From contig JALDZX010000022.1 of assembly GCA_022813865.1 (NCBI GenBank), forward strand, positions 1 to 64,000: 64,000 bases of DNA. Direction: 5' to 3'. Both the position numbers and the translations under genes were made by a program. Below, one piece after another: positions 13,953-26,001 of this stretch (position 1 is the stretch's first letter; each line of letters starts with the position of its first letter). The notes under the pieces are model-generated. The model searched no databases and had not been told where the DNA came from. It saw nothing but the letters and a program-made list of their open reading frames with translations. Source of the DNA: Xylographa opegraphella. Taxonomy: Eukaryota.

Positions 13953-14451
13953 AGCTCTACTTTGTCCACGCCTGCAAAAACTCCTCTGGAATGATGAGGA
14001 TCGTGGTAGAAAGTAACGAAAAGATTTCTCAGAACGTCGAAGCGTGGACAGGAATGAAAGGATCTTGAGATAAGCGCTAAGCGCGCGCGCGCGATTCAAC
14101 AGCCCGATCCGGTCCAGGGACAGAAGTGTCGCCAAGCAATTCAACCCTGGTTCAGATCGCGGTTTCGTGCATTTTCCCGGCTTTAGATGCCCCGCGATGA
14201 TGGCATGCATTTGCCCCACGTGAGCCTCTTCCGAATTTTAGATTGACAACTTTTCACCGCCATGGACTGCGCGCTCCCTTTCGTTGGAAACAATCGTTCA
14301 CCACAAGAGTTCTCGAGCTAATATATGGTAACTTATAGATTGGCCCTCTCGTATCTCACTCGGCTGTGGTTTCCGTTCACATCACAGCCTTACTGAGGTT
14401 TGCATACGAATATACACGCAACACCGAGTTTGCACAGTGTGCACAGTCACG

Positions 14452-16119
14452 ATGTCGTGGTTAAAAAGCGCAATAATGGATAAGAAGACGGAAATCGTCG
14501 TTTTTTCCTCTACTGCGATTGCCCTTTATGGCTATGATCAGGGCATGATGTCCCTGATCAATACCAATCACGACTATCTCAGAACTATGGGTATTGGAGA
14601 GGAGGATCCCCTTGTGGGAGTTATCGTCTCCGTCTACTACCTTGGTACCGCCCTCGGGGCTATTCTGGCTTCATATCTTGCAGACGTGCGAGGTCGTAAG
14701 CCCAGTATATTCGTATGTCTAGCTACAACCTCTCTTGGGAATCTGATCATGTTCCTATCTGGTCTTGGATTCAGCAAGGGTGCCATGCCTATGATGTTTC
14801 TCGGAAGGATTATAATGGGTTTAGGCGTGGGTGGTATCGATGCAGTCATCCCCGTCTACTCCAGTGAGCTGAACTCGGATGGTGGAAGAGGGAAAGCCTT
14901 AGCGCAGGAGTTTCAGTCGAATATATTTGGCCTTAACATGGCATTTGCCATCAATCTTTTCATTACAATCGCGCTCGGGAAGTCGAACCAGTGGGGTAAG
15001 TGTGCTACTCTCTATAGCATGATATATTGTACTGATAAACATCAGCTTGGCGCATACCCATCGCGGTCATGCAGGTTTATCCAGTATTGCTACTTGCCTT
15101 TATTTACCGCTTGCCAGAAACACCTCGGTGGTTTATATCGAAACAGAAGGAGGAAGACGCCCACGAGGCTCTTGTCGATATCTACGGTGAGGACGATGCC
15201 AAGGAGAAATTTGATGGTCTCAAGTCGGCCTATCAGGAGGAGTCTGGCAAGCCCGTTGGCTATGGTGATATGCTCTCTCCAAAGGGCTCTCAGTTCCATC
15301 CTACTGTTGTTACCATTATGGGTCAAGTCAACCAAGCCTTAACAGGGTACGGGGCGGTCAGTGTCTATGGGCCTCAGATCTTCGAGCTTTTGGGCTTCCC
15401 AGTCAGGACTTCGGAGTACCTCACGTTGGGCAATTATGTGTCATATTTCTTCTTGATGACTTTCGCCTGGATGTACATAGATGTGGTAGGGCGACGTGTA
15501 CTCATGGTGGGAGGGGCCTTCAGCATATCCATATGCTTTGCAATTTTGACAATCCTTGGCGGTCTTGCTGCCAATACCGAAAGTCTTGGCATACCGAATC
15601 TTGCAGTTTCTATCCCCGGAACGGTTGTCCTCTACATTGCCACTGGGGCCTTTGGCATCGGATGGTTATCCGAAGTTTGGCTTATTCCGACGGAGATTTT
15701 CCCGTCTACTGCACGAGCTCAGGGAGCTGCGGTATCCGTAGTGATTTGGGGCTTCGCAAATTTCGCGGTCACACTGTTCACGCCGATCGGATTCAACAAT
15801 TTGAACTACTGGCTGTTCCTGGTCTTTGCTGCCACCAATCTCTTTGCAGGCCTATGGACTTGGGTAAGTCTTCCGACAACTTGTAGGATATCCCGTTTTG
15901 CATCCGTCACTGACCCGATGACAATAGCTGTACTCGCCAGAAACCGGCGGCCGATCGTTCGAGGAGAATCAAAGCTTCTTCGAGGACGCCAAAGACCATA
16001 ATAGCTGGCGCGTCAGCAAAATCAACAAAGGCGAGTTCAAGCATATGCCGAAGGGCGAGAAGGATGGCGAGGAGGGTGAATCGACTCCCCTGTTGAGTGG
16101 CTTGCTCAGCAGTTCTTGA
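14452..16119 (+). CDS. MFS sugar porter family transporter; exons 14452-14995, 15046-15863, 15928-16119
   Basis: YGYDQG, GRKPSI, GRIIMGLG, LPETPRW, DVVGRR, PTEIFP, PETGGRSFEE. Two GTAAGT introns. Confidence 0.93.
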
Positions 16120-17251
16120 TAAGCACACGTTGCAAAATCGCTGTGTAGAGCGGGCTTGTGGGATTTTTGTGCTCATCGACGGTATTGTCAGCGTAAGCAA
16201 TTGGCACTTTTACGATTTTTCTTGGATCAAAAGCGGTGTATCGAGTAGAATGTACAGACTATCTATGCCTGAGATTATTGACTGGCTCCGCGGAGGCGAG
16301 GGACGATACGATGCGGAGGCCGCAATTCCGAACAATTTCTTATATTTTCCGCATATTATCTGGGCCATTTATCAATACATGGGGGCTCGTCCCCAAAGAA
16401 AGTTCATAGAAGAAAATATAAAGGCAAACCATTCAGACTATCATCCTGACCACCATTGATAGATAGGCTCAAGGCACAAACCCCAACTTGGCCATCACCA
16501 CTATTAGTTGCGCCCACGAGAACATCTCCATCGCGGATCGTCTTCTATCCCATGATTTCTTTTCCCAGCAATACCACCGCCCCCCCCTCCCGACCTGTGA
16601 CGTATAATTCAAAGACCTATTGCCATATTCCCATCCATTGGTTACTCAAGCGACATAACAGACAACCTAGTGGGACATAACCAAAGTATGCGATTGTGGA
16701 ATCGGCCCGTACGTGCAGGCCTCCTGCGTAAGCAAAAGACGTCGCAAGCCATGTGCAAGCGTGGTAGTATAGACGTTGCATTTGTCCTTACTTGGGAGCG
16801 AGAACGATTCGCTCGGGGTGACGGTCTTGGCCTTCATGAAGTGGTCTCAGGGATGCAATCTGGAAGGCAAATGTAAGTGCGTTCCGCCGTTGTCGGTGAA
16901 GCTGTACCCTCATTGGTAGAAAGACTAGCTTATACTTGGCCACGGCTCCCCCCTACCTCGATGTTCTGTGTGCCAACAGCAGACCAGGCTCGTGCGGAGA
17001 CGCTGCTGAAAATCCAAACTCTCCTGGATTTGCGACAAGTACCGCTTTTCTGAATCGCATGCTGGCTTTTAGTCCAGACCACAACAATGCAGAATGTATA
17101 CGCTGCAAAATGCCTTCCCATGATAGCGCTACGCAACCTGTAACGTCGATAACACCAATCCCTCATACCAAAATTTTCGCTTTTGTCTCCAGTCCCAATG
17201 TGAGGATCCATGAATCAAGCACAATGGTGTACGTCGCCTGTTCGACTCTGT

Positions 17252-18397
17252 CTATTCCTCGACTCTGGTCGCTTCTCGTCCCCTGTAGACCCAGAACTGC
17301 GCAAAGATTCCCAAGTCCAGTAAGAGCGTGCCAGCACTACCAATCAGCCAGCTCGCGTTGACAAGAATGTAGCGTCCGTATTCTGCACCCCACTCGCCCT
17401 GTCTGCAATCTCCGCTTGTCATGCCACTATTATGCGAGCCCACCCCTTGCGCTCTTGCGCATCCTGGCTCGTATGCTAGAATTGACATCACATACGTAAG
17501 GTTGCCGACACACGCAAAAAGGAAGAACAGCATGCTGACGCCCTCCGTTGATTTTCGGCGGTAGTTCAGAAGTAGTTGTGGAACGCGAGACCCTAAGTAG
17601 AGCACCGCACAAAGATAGCCAAAGACTTGGCCCCAAATATCAAAATATATTTCTTCTGAGGAGTTACTGTGATCAGTGCTGGTGAAGGCTGTCAGGAGTG
17701 AGCCGAAGGGACTGGTATCTTCATGACGGTGATTATGACGGTGCGATCCAGACGTGGACAGCCACCAACCAAAGATACCCGCTGTACAAACGAGAAGAAG
17801 AGCTCCCAGATTGAAGAAAGTAGTTTGCAGCGAAGACTGCGACTTCAACGTAATTGGCGGGTCGGAAGGTCGTGGTGGTGGGAGCAGTGGGGTGGCTGGT
17901 GATAGATGTGTGCCGTCCACTGCCATGAGATGGGAATTGAAAGAGGAGATCGAGCTCTTGCGTGGCCGATTAACATCCGCCGGGGTCAGCCGAGCTGAAC
18001 TATTCACTCGATGGTGGCTTGACAGTAGTGGAGATTCCTCAGTCGCTTCCTCATCGGCCTGATGCGATGGCGCCGGTTTAGTCGTAGGGTCCGAGAGAGT
18101 AAACCCACGGTAGTAGAAACATTGGCCGAGGAGAACGATATCCGCAAGCGTATAATAGACGGCCAGAATGGTCATTGTAGGTAGAACGCCCTGGAGAACG
18201 GCGCCGAGGATATTGAAGACATCACCCAGAAGCCAGACAACGATAAATATGAGAGACAAGCCATCAGCTGAACCACGCCGGAAGTTTTCGATTATTTGAG
18301 GAGAAAAAACAACTATCCAGCAGGCGATTGAGATGGAGCCTGCGATTCCTGATATTGCCTCGACGTCGAGGTGGAGTCCTTGCGAAACAGGATACAT
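17252..18397 (-). CDS. PQ-loop vacuolar cationic amino-acid transporter (Ypq1/PQLC2-like)
   Basis: Two PQ loops (FSPQIIENFRRGSADGLS; SRVPQLLLNYRRKSTEGVS) and multiple hydrophobic segments. Confidence 0.9.
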   Translation of the reverse strand: MYPVSQGLHLDVEAISGIAGSISIACWIVVFSPQIIENFRRGSADGLSLIFIVVWLLGDVFNILGAVLQGVLPTMTILAVYYTLADIVLLGQCFYYRGFTLSDPTTKPAPSHQADEEATEESPLLSSHHRVNSSARLTPADVNRPRKSSISSFNSHLMAVDGTHLSPATPLLPPPRPSDPPITLKSQSSLQTTFFNLGALLLVCTAGIFGWWLSTSGSHRHNHRHEDTSPFGSLLTAFTSTDHSNSSEEIYFDIWGQVFGYLCAVLYLGSRVPQLLLNYRRKSTEGVSMLFFLFACVGNLTYVMSILAYEPGCARAQGVGSHNSGMTSGDCRQGEWGAEYGRYILVNASWLIGSAGTLLLDLGIFAQFWVYRGREATRVEE

Positions 18398-18882
18398 GAT
18401 GCAAAGGAAGATTCACTTTTGCTTACAGCAGTGCACTTGTGAGGATGTTTATATATTGCGAAAACTGATGCCCATATATTCTAAACGTGAAACCAGAAGC
18501 AATGGCTCAGCAACTGTGAAAAAATCCGATGCCGAATGTGACGTGTGAAGATCTCGATTTTTTGTTGGCGCTAAAACGCAGATCCGGGGTAAAACCCCTG
18601 GATCTTAAATCGTCATTCAGATTAGGCAGGTCTACGCGGTCAAGCTTGTTGAAGATACTGTAAGGTACACAGTAATAAAGGTTCATCCAGTTCAAATCAC
18701 ACCCAGATCTAGCTATTGCACTGATAATGTTTTATATAGGGCATATTGTGTCATTGTCCACCACAAGAACAGTTGGGTATCATGTCGCCAAATCTGCCCC
18801 TAACGCCTGATTGAAATTTATATGTGCAGATAGCCGCATATATTCAACCATCTTCCTCGCAAATTCTCCAGCTCGCACCTTT

Positions 18883-19970
18883 TCAACGGCTCTTGTCTCC
18901 AGTGGTATCCAATTTCATAAATTCATCTCTAGCTGTAGCGATATTAATCCTCGTACAATTCAGCCCGGCATCACCAGGAGGGAGTACCGCCAGCACAAAA
19001 GTGTTGTTGGTGAACTTGTCGATGATTACGTTGAATCGTGGTGTCTGGATGTGAAAGTCATGGAATTGGTGCGACGACGTAGAGGAGGAGGTGAAAATTC
19101 TGGACGAAGAGTAATCAGCATTAGTACAATTGTTACCCACATCATACCGATCGCGGTCGTTGGACGTACGCTAATGAGTGCTTGAATGTTTTAATGATGT
19201 TTGATAATCGCTCTTGTCTATCAATGTAGGGGTTTTGCTCCCCGATCTTCGACGTCACGGACATCACCGTGAGGAAAGTGGTCCGCTCAAACAGTATAAC
19301 CTCTTCCGCTTCAATGGCCTCGGCCAATTGACCCAAGTAGTTCTCAATCACATCCAAGTTCGGTATCAAGCTGTGCACAATATTTCCCCAGGCCTTATAG
19401 AGCGATTGATCCCAGATCGTTGTCGGGTATGAGATCACCACTCTAGCGAACCGTCCAGACTTTGTCTTTATGGCACCCTCGCGTTCTTCAAAAAGACTTT
19501 CGCGGAAGTCCATCTGAACAAGATCCATCTTGTGCACAAGGCAGAAAACATGCGCTCGTGGTGAATATTCTTCCAAAGCCTTGATGACAGCACTGTAGGT
19601 CGTAAGATCTTGCTCGAACTCCCGCGACTCGATATCGAAAACATAGATAAGAACTCCGACATCTGAGAACACGTACGACTTCTGTGTTGTGAGGTAATTT
19701 TCTGTGAAAGCATCTTGTCTGAAATGTTAGTTAGCAGATTGGCGCGTCCCGGCAAGAGCGTACATACCCGCCGCAGTCCCACAGATTTAGTATCAGGTTA
19801 CCTAGAAACTTCACACGGCTGTGCTCGACGTCGATGGTAGCTCCCAAGCGTCTAACATCCTTCGCAACATAGTTGCTGAATATGATATTTCGCATTGACG
19901 ATTTACCGGAGCCACTCTTACCCATGAGCAAGACCTTCTGCTTCTGTGTCTTGAGCTTAGATGTGTCCAT
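18883..19970 (-). CDS. GTR1: Rag A/B GTPase; exons 19970-19768, 19718-19170, 19099-18883
   Basis: [51 protein letters not shown]. Two GT-AG introns keep the frame. Confidence 0.95.
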
Positions 19971-20635
19971 GGTGCTACTGTGCTCTTCGAATCTAGATCG
20001 GTGCATGGTTACCACAGAGCCGGTCGCAGCTCATTCGACGGTCAGGCATCTGTGATCATCGGTACTCAGAACTATGCAAGTGGAATTGCGTGCACCTGCA
20101 CTGCGCTCTCCACAACTCCTGGTGGGGCCGAGGGCACAAGAGCATCAAAGCTCGAAGCCGGGCCGCTTTTTGCCGGGCTCCACGGTATTTGTTCCAATCT
20201 AACCTTTTTTAGGAAATACCACTAATACCCTTGCAATTCATGATACTGTGGTACATTCTCTATATGTCAGTAGCACATGAGTGATGTGATGTTGCAATCG
20301 CGTGTATCCTGTCATCTTTGGACTCTTAGCAAGGTTTTACAGCAGAGATACAATCACACTATCAAATTCCAGACACAGGAACAACCTGCTACCGAGTGGT
20401 GTCCCTTAGACTAGCATCCTATCATTACTGGGTAAGTTAGTACGAGAAGTTTATGAATAGAACTCATTCTTTGTGTCTCCGAACGCTGATGAATTATCCA
20501 AAACTTTCCATAATGTCTAGGTCGGCAGTTTACCATAATCGCAAACCTGAGCTAGATGTGTGAACCTGTCGATGGCATTCAAAAGGTGTGACATGCAAGT
20601 ACCTTTTTTCAAGACGAGAACTGTTGAATAAGGCC

Positions 20636-21486
20636 TCAAGCTTCTTGCTGCAAGACGGAAGCGTCTCCACACGGAATCGCTCTTTCACCATCTATAGTAT
20701 TTCCTCCAATCGCCCTCCACATAGCATGAACTACCATCGGCAGGCGCAGTTCCTTGGCGAGCGCCCTCCGCTGCTCACTCGGCTCATCTACTTTCTTCGC
20801 ATCCAGTACAATGGGGTTCGTATAATGAAACCCGTGCCTGGCGTACAAGGGTCTTCCATCATCCGTTGCCTCCACAAACGCTTCCACGTGCATCTCATCG
20901 GCCTTCTTCGTGCCCCACTGCACCAGCATGTTCCCCACTCCCCGACGGCGATATCCCGGACGCACGAAGCAATTCTCCAGCACTTTCGGTAATTAGCACT
21001 TAGGGCGCTCGGCAAGATTCACCTAATATAAAGGACTTACAAAGACAAGGCCTCCGCATGATCGTTCGCCGAGGCCCATAGAACTGCTCGAAGAGCATAT
21101 TGACCAGCTTTCTTTGATCGCCTCGAGTCTGTCAGCCGTAACTCGGTCTCTCATGAACGGCTTCATTCACCTTCAGGCCACCAAACAGCATCCAGAGGCT
21201 CCTGCGCACCCGTAAACGGATCCGTTTCATAGATATGCCATAGCGCGGCCCCGGCGACTATGCCCGTCTCGGGATCTACAACCTTCAGCCAGTGACCCCC
21301 AGGTTCAGTCATATGCTGGTCCCATTGGTTCTGGATCATCGCGTTACGAGTAGCGGTAGGAGCAAGTCCTTGGGGCGTGTACATCGTGGCGAAAGCATTG
21401 TAGGGAATTCTATATGCTTCGTTCTGGCAATCAATCACGGCCGGAAATTCATCGGACGAGACGACTTCATGCAGTGTAAAATCCAT
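20636..21486 (-). CDS. GNAT family N-acetyltransferase; exons 21486-21171, 21121-21041, 20982-20636
   Basis: Motif A VRPGYRRRGVGNMLVQWG and EATDDGRPLYARHGF. N-terminal WLKVVDPETGIVAGAALW. Intron 1 needs a GAG acceptor. Confidence 0.85.
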
Positions 21487-22219
21487 GATGGATATACAAA
21501 GAAAGAATGAGAAATTGAGGAGAACAGACGAGCAAAAGATCTTGAAGCGTTCGACAATTCCCAACAGAAAATAATACAAAATCAGCGAAAACTTAGAGAA
21601 CTAATGCAAGTTTTCGATTGAAGAAAAGATGGGTCGTGCTCACGTTCTTCATTTCTAAAATTCGCGTGCTGACCATCAATCTCACGTACAGATAAGCTCT
21701 AATGGCTGATGCAAACTGCGCTACTTACACCAGGTCTAGGACCTGTGGGAGTCTGACGAATGGAGATGCACTTGGATCTCTATTGGCAAAGTGTCAGAAA
21801 AAGTAGCAACGCTTGCCGAAGCCTGAGGTGACCAACAAAGCATCGCGCGAGCTTTGTACTCTATCTGACGTGAGCATTTGGGAAACGAGTTTACTGGAAG
21901 TTGCCTCGGCTGCCTATGAACCCTAAATTCTTGGCGTCTTCGCTTCGGATAAGGTAAACATCCAAGATCTACGCGAATCCTGACGGCTCTTCATTTGATC
22001 TGATTACGGACAGTCTGTCAGACAATAAGCGGCTACCAAGCATAGATGACCCTACTTAGGCCACTAATGGTCTGTCCTTGAACATGGCTTCGATGTCCCT
22101 CTTGCCTCATTTATCGTGATGATCAGAATAATGTCAAGAGCTTTAATCTCCACTTTTTATCTCGAGCAACAATAATTATCCATAATTAACGACACTTCAT
22201 ACTGCCCTCATCCCAGCAG

Positions 22220-22921
22220 TCATTTCACAACCGCCATCAAAAAACCATCATAATCCTTCACCGACACCGTCTGCAAAACGACCGCATCCACCCTCGCATC
22301 TTTACCCACCCTCTCCACCAAATCAACCACCCCTTCCTCCCTCTTCTCCGGCCCCACAATCCCACTCTCCAACAGATGCCGCACCACATTATCCACATAC
22401 ACCACACTACCCCTTCCCTTACACAACCTGACCCCCCAGTCAAAATACTGCCACTGATTCTCCCAGTCCGCATCCACGAACACGAAATCGAACCGCTCCC
22501 GACTCCCCGCCTCGATCTCCTCCTCCAGCCGCGGCAGCACGTCCAACCCAGCGCCCAGCACCACCTCCGCTTCCTGCGGCACGCTCACGCCCGCGTGCAG
22601 CAGGTTCGCAATCGAGACGTCCCGGTGCGCAGGATCGATCTCGATGCTCGTGACCTTGCCGCCCCCGTTGCGCTTCAGCGCTTGTGCGAACCAGATGCTC
22701 GAGTACCCGCCCAGGGTACCGAGCTCGAGCACGTGCCGCGCTCCGGACATGCTGGTCAGGAGGGAGAGGAATTTCCCTTGGGAGGGCGAGATGGCGATCA
22801 TGGGGATGCCGTGAGCTTCGGTGTTGTCGTGCGCGTACGTCAGGGCGGCGGTCGGTGGGATGAGGTGTTTCTCGGTGTGGCTTTCCAATTCCGCCGCGTA
22901 TATGGCGTTACTGACGGACAT
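22220..22921 (-). CDS. SAM-dependent O-methyltransferase (family 3, COMT/CCoAOMT-like), intronless
   Basis: ISPSQGKFL, VLELGTLGGYSSIW, FDFVFVDADW, YVDNVV. Confidence 0.93.
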   Translation of the reverse strand: MSVSNAIYAAELESHTEKHLIPPTAALTYAHDNTEAHGIPMIAISPSQGKFLSLLTSMSGARHVLELGTLGGYSSIWFAQALKRNGGGKVTSIEIDPAHRDVSIANLLHAGVSVPQEAEVVLGAGLDVLPRLEEEIEAGSRERFDFVFVDADWENQWQYFDWGVRLCKGRGSVVYVDNVVRHLLESGIVGPEKREEGVVDLVERVGKDARVDAVVLQTVSVKDYDGFLMAVVK

Positions 22922-24159
22922 GGTTGTTGAGCGTGGGCTGGGGATGGCAAGGCCGAGGGTAAGCTAGTCAGGTGGGGTAGTGTAAATGGAATGGACTGTG
23001 AGGAGACGATGTCGTAACTGCAAGCAGGGAAGCCGAGGAAGGTTGGAGATATGGGATGGTAAGATACTAGAGAGTGGTAGGTGGGTGACTGGTTGAGATA
23101 TTGGCGTCGGAAGGGTCGTATTTATACATAATGCTGGAGGGACTTTGCTGCCCGAAGCTCTGCTCCGAAGATAACTATCCTCAGACTATTCCGCGACAAA
23201 TCTGTCAATGATAGCGTTGATACACGCGAGGTGTCGTGGTCAAGCCCGATAAAGCCAACCAGCCGCGTATGTGGCCGCATGAGCTTGCGACTGCTCTAGA
23301 GACAGGCTTTGAGGTATTTACTCCACCAACGGTGGATGTAGATTAGTCGTTCATCCGCTTTGAAGGGTAATCCATGACTGATAATAATTCCGAACCAGCA
23401 TTCTGCCACGAGTGCACTAACGTATAAAGAAGAGATGTTGTAAGAAGGAGATAGTCTATGTTTAAATCACCGCGCGTGTTTCCGACGGATTAATATATCC
23501 AGGAGATCCACCTCTCTGGTAAAACCAGTCCAAAGCTTTGCTAGGAGGATCAATTGGGACTCCTTCCCCAGAACAACTCAGCTATGCAAACGGTAGCAGT
23601 ATCTGCAAGCTCATACGCTCTCACGCCAAAGGTTTACCCATGACGAATAGGTTTTGCTGCAATAGGCCACGATTCTCGCGCCTGAGGTCGTCATGGTGGC
23701 TTCTCGGCCCCTAGAGTAACGCGTCATCAACTGCTCTGTACAGTTGCGGCTTTTTGTCTATACTAGACTGATCCGATGGATTTGAAAGTGGTATGAGAAT
23801 GAGGACCTCTTGCAGCAAGACGCGTCATCCTGCTCCATACCGTTCTATTCACCCTAAAATCATGCACGATTATAGCCGTTCTGGCGCCAGAGACGAAGCC
23901 GCTGTTCCGATACTAGCAGCTCAAACATCTAGATCTACGGCTATGAGAGGTACACTTTAGCCTATGGGGCTGGGTTGTCTCATCGGGTGTCTGACTGAGC
24001 GCCCGTGGACTATCTACCGCACGCATGGTGCTCACTTTTTCATTAACTTTTTTACACTACGCCTTCAGGACACCCATTTAAGCAGACGCAGTCAGCCTGT
24101 GTTCTCCCGGACAGGTGACAAGCACTGACGCGAGAAGAATATCCAAACTAGTGGTCCTC

Positions 24160-26001
24160 TCAGCTGAGGTAGACACCATCCCATCCCTTGCCACCAGCTA
24201 CATTGCCCCCAACTGCTTCGCCGTGCATGATACCCTCAACATATGCGTATCCGATCAGCCAGTGGAGGACATGTGGACGATCTCGGTCGAAGAACAATTT
24301 GTTGTTCAGTCGCAGGATAAATGGTGTACGTCCACCCGCTAGGATGGCTACTTTGTCGCCTGCCAGGGTTTGAAGAGGGCCCAGGCCGATAAAGCCACTC
24401 CTTGTGCGGAAGAAAATGCGGGTTGTGACAAAGGGGAGCAGATGTTCCAAAGCCTGAGCGGTGTTCTTGTTCCGGAACTCGTCAGGAGTGTAGCCGCCAG
24501 CCTTCGTGACCCACTTATGCCACTTTTGGAAGAAGTCGGATCTTGTCGAGTCGGGATTTGTAGCGTTATGATGGTGAGACCTTTGTTTGGGGACCTTAGC
24601 TGGTCCCCAGATAGTATTCTGCGTAGCTGAAGATGAAACAGGAGATCGATGATGTGTTCCAGCGATCCGCTCCCACTCGAGGAAACAGGCGTTGAAAGCC
24701 TCGGCAAGTTTTTCTATAGACTTCACGCTCTTTAGTAAAACTTGGCTGGTGCTCAACAGCACAATCTCGTCGATATGATAGGCCCCTATAGCTAGCACGG
24801 ACCTTCCTAGAATAAGACGAGGGTTCGGTTTCATGTATCCGCATGAATTATATTCGAGTGTGCTTTTGAGAAGCGTACCATGTCCCCGCAGGTCTTTCCT
24901 CCAGTCGGGCACCCACGAAGGTAATCCAGGTCCTTGCTTCTTGAACGTGGAGTATAGAAAGATATCGAGATTTTGTTCGGATTCAATGATGGCCCGCGTG
25001 GTCTGCTGGTAAACATCGGAAACAGGCAGTGTGTAATCGGGCCGCAAGTTCATCTCCACCTCTGCCAAAGCCAAGAGACCATAGACCTTATCCCTTTCAT
25101 CCGAACACAAACCATTGGAAAAGGACCTTGTGGCCCATAAGAGGCTCCTCTTTTCGATCGCTCTCGTTCTGTTATCGATAAGCTTATACATGTTGTGTAT
25201 TGTATTCTCATGTGTTGACCCCAAGGATGCCTGCAAATCTTTTCTACTGCAGCATACGAGATGTTTCTTGAAGCTGTCAGCAAAGGAGCGGAAGACACTC
25301 CAGGGTAGCGTCGTTCTGCCGCACACAATATCCGCCTCCTTGCAGAGGGCGATCTCCTGAACGCACCATATTCTCAACCACCAAGGTCGGTTCATCAGCT
25401 TCTTCACAGCTTTGAAGCGCTTAGCAACTTGCATCTGCCAGGCGTGTCCATTCCATCTGGGCGCGAAGAAGATATCTGATTGCTTGAAATGTATATCCGT
25501 ACTTAATGCAAGCATGGTATGCAGAGCTAGATCGCTGTCATCCGATGCTTCACCCAACCAGGCCAGAACACGAGTAGCGGACCGGTATATCGATCCCATC
25601 TGTTGTACTTGGTGGGACCGCTCCTGCAAATTCGCTTGATCTATAGAGAGTGCATCAACCCAGAGCCAACGCGGATCATATCTATCCCGGAGGTATCGTA
25701 GAGCATCCCAAAGGTTGGATCCAATGCAGATCTCATGCCCGTCTAGTAAGATTCGCTGGCCGGAATGATTGGTTCCCCACGCATAGGACAATGCTTCATA
25801 CGGGGGACGGTCATCCAAAGAGATCTTGTTCAACTCGCAGACAATAGGTGCCGAACCAGTACCAGGATATAGACAGATCAGACGAATCTCGTGATCTGCT
25901 GGATCCAGTCGATGTTTCGAATAGATTGCAGAATACTCCGGGGACTTCGAGCCGGAGTATAGATTTTGAAGCTGGTTCTGAAGCCAGGTATTCGATTGCA
26001 T
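24160..26001 (-). CDS. HET-domain (HET-6-like) heterokaryon incompatibility protein
   Basis: YEALSYAWG, LWVDALSIDQ, QVQQMGSIYRSATRVLAWLG, WWLRIWCVQE, DERDKVYGLL, LPSWVPDW, LIGYAYVEGIMHGE. Confidence 0.95.
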   Translation of the reverse strand: MQSNTWLQNQLQNLYSGSKSPEYSAIYSKHRLDPADHEIRLICLYPGTGSAPIVCELNKISLDDRPPYEALSYAWGTNHSGQRILLDGHEICIGSNLWDALRYLRDRYDPRWLWVDALSIDQANLQERSHQVQQMGSIYRSATRVLAWLGEASDDSDLALHTMLALSTDIHFKQSDIFFAPRWNGHAWQMQVAKRFKAVKKLMNRPWWLRIWCVQEIALCKEADIVCGRTTLPWSVFRSFADSFKKHLVCCSRKDLQASLGSTHENTIHNMYKLIDNRTRAIEKRSLLWATRSFSNGLCSDERDKVYGLLALAEVEMNLRPDYTLPVSDVYQQTTRAIIESEQNLDIFLYSTFKKQGPGLPSWVPDWRKDLRGHGTLLKSTLEYNSCGYMKPNPRLILGRSVLAIGAYHIDEIVLLSTSQVLLKSVKSIEKLAEAFNACFLEWERIAGTHHRSPVSSSATQNTIWGPAKVPKQRSHHHNATNPDSTRSDFFQKWHKWVTKAGGYTPDEFRNKNTAQALEHLLPFVTTRIFFRTRSGFIGLGPLQTLAGDKVAILAGGRTPFILRLNNKLFFDRDRPHVLHWLIGYAYVEGIMHGEAVGGNVAGGKGWDGVYLS

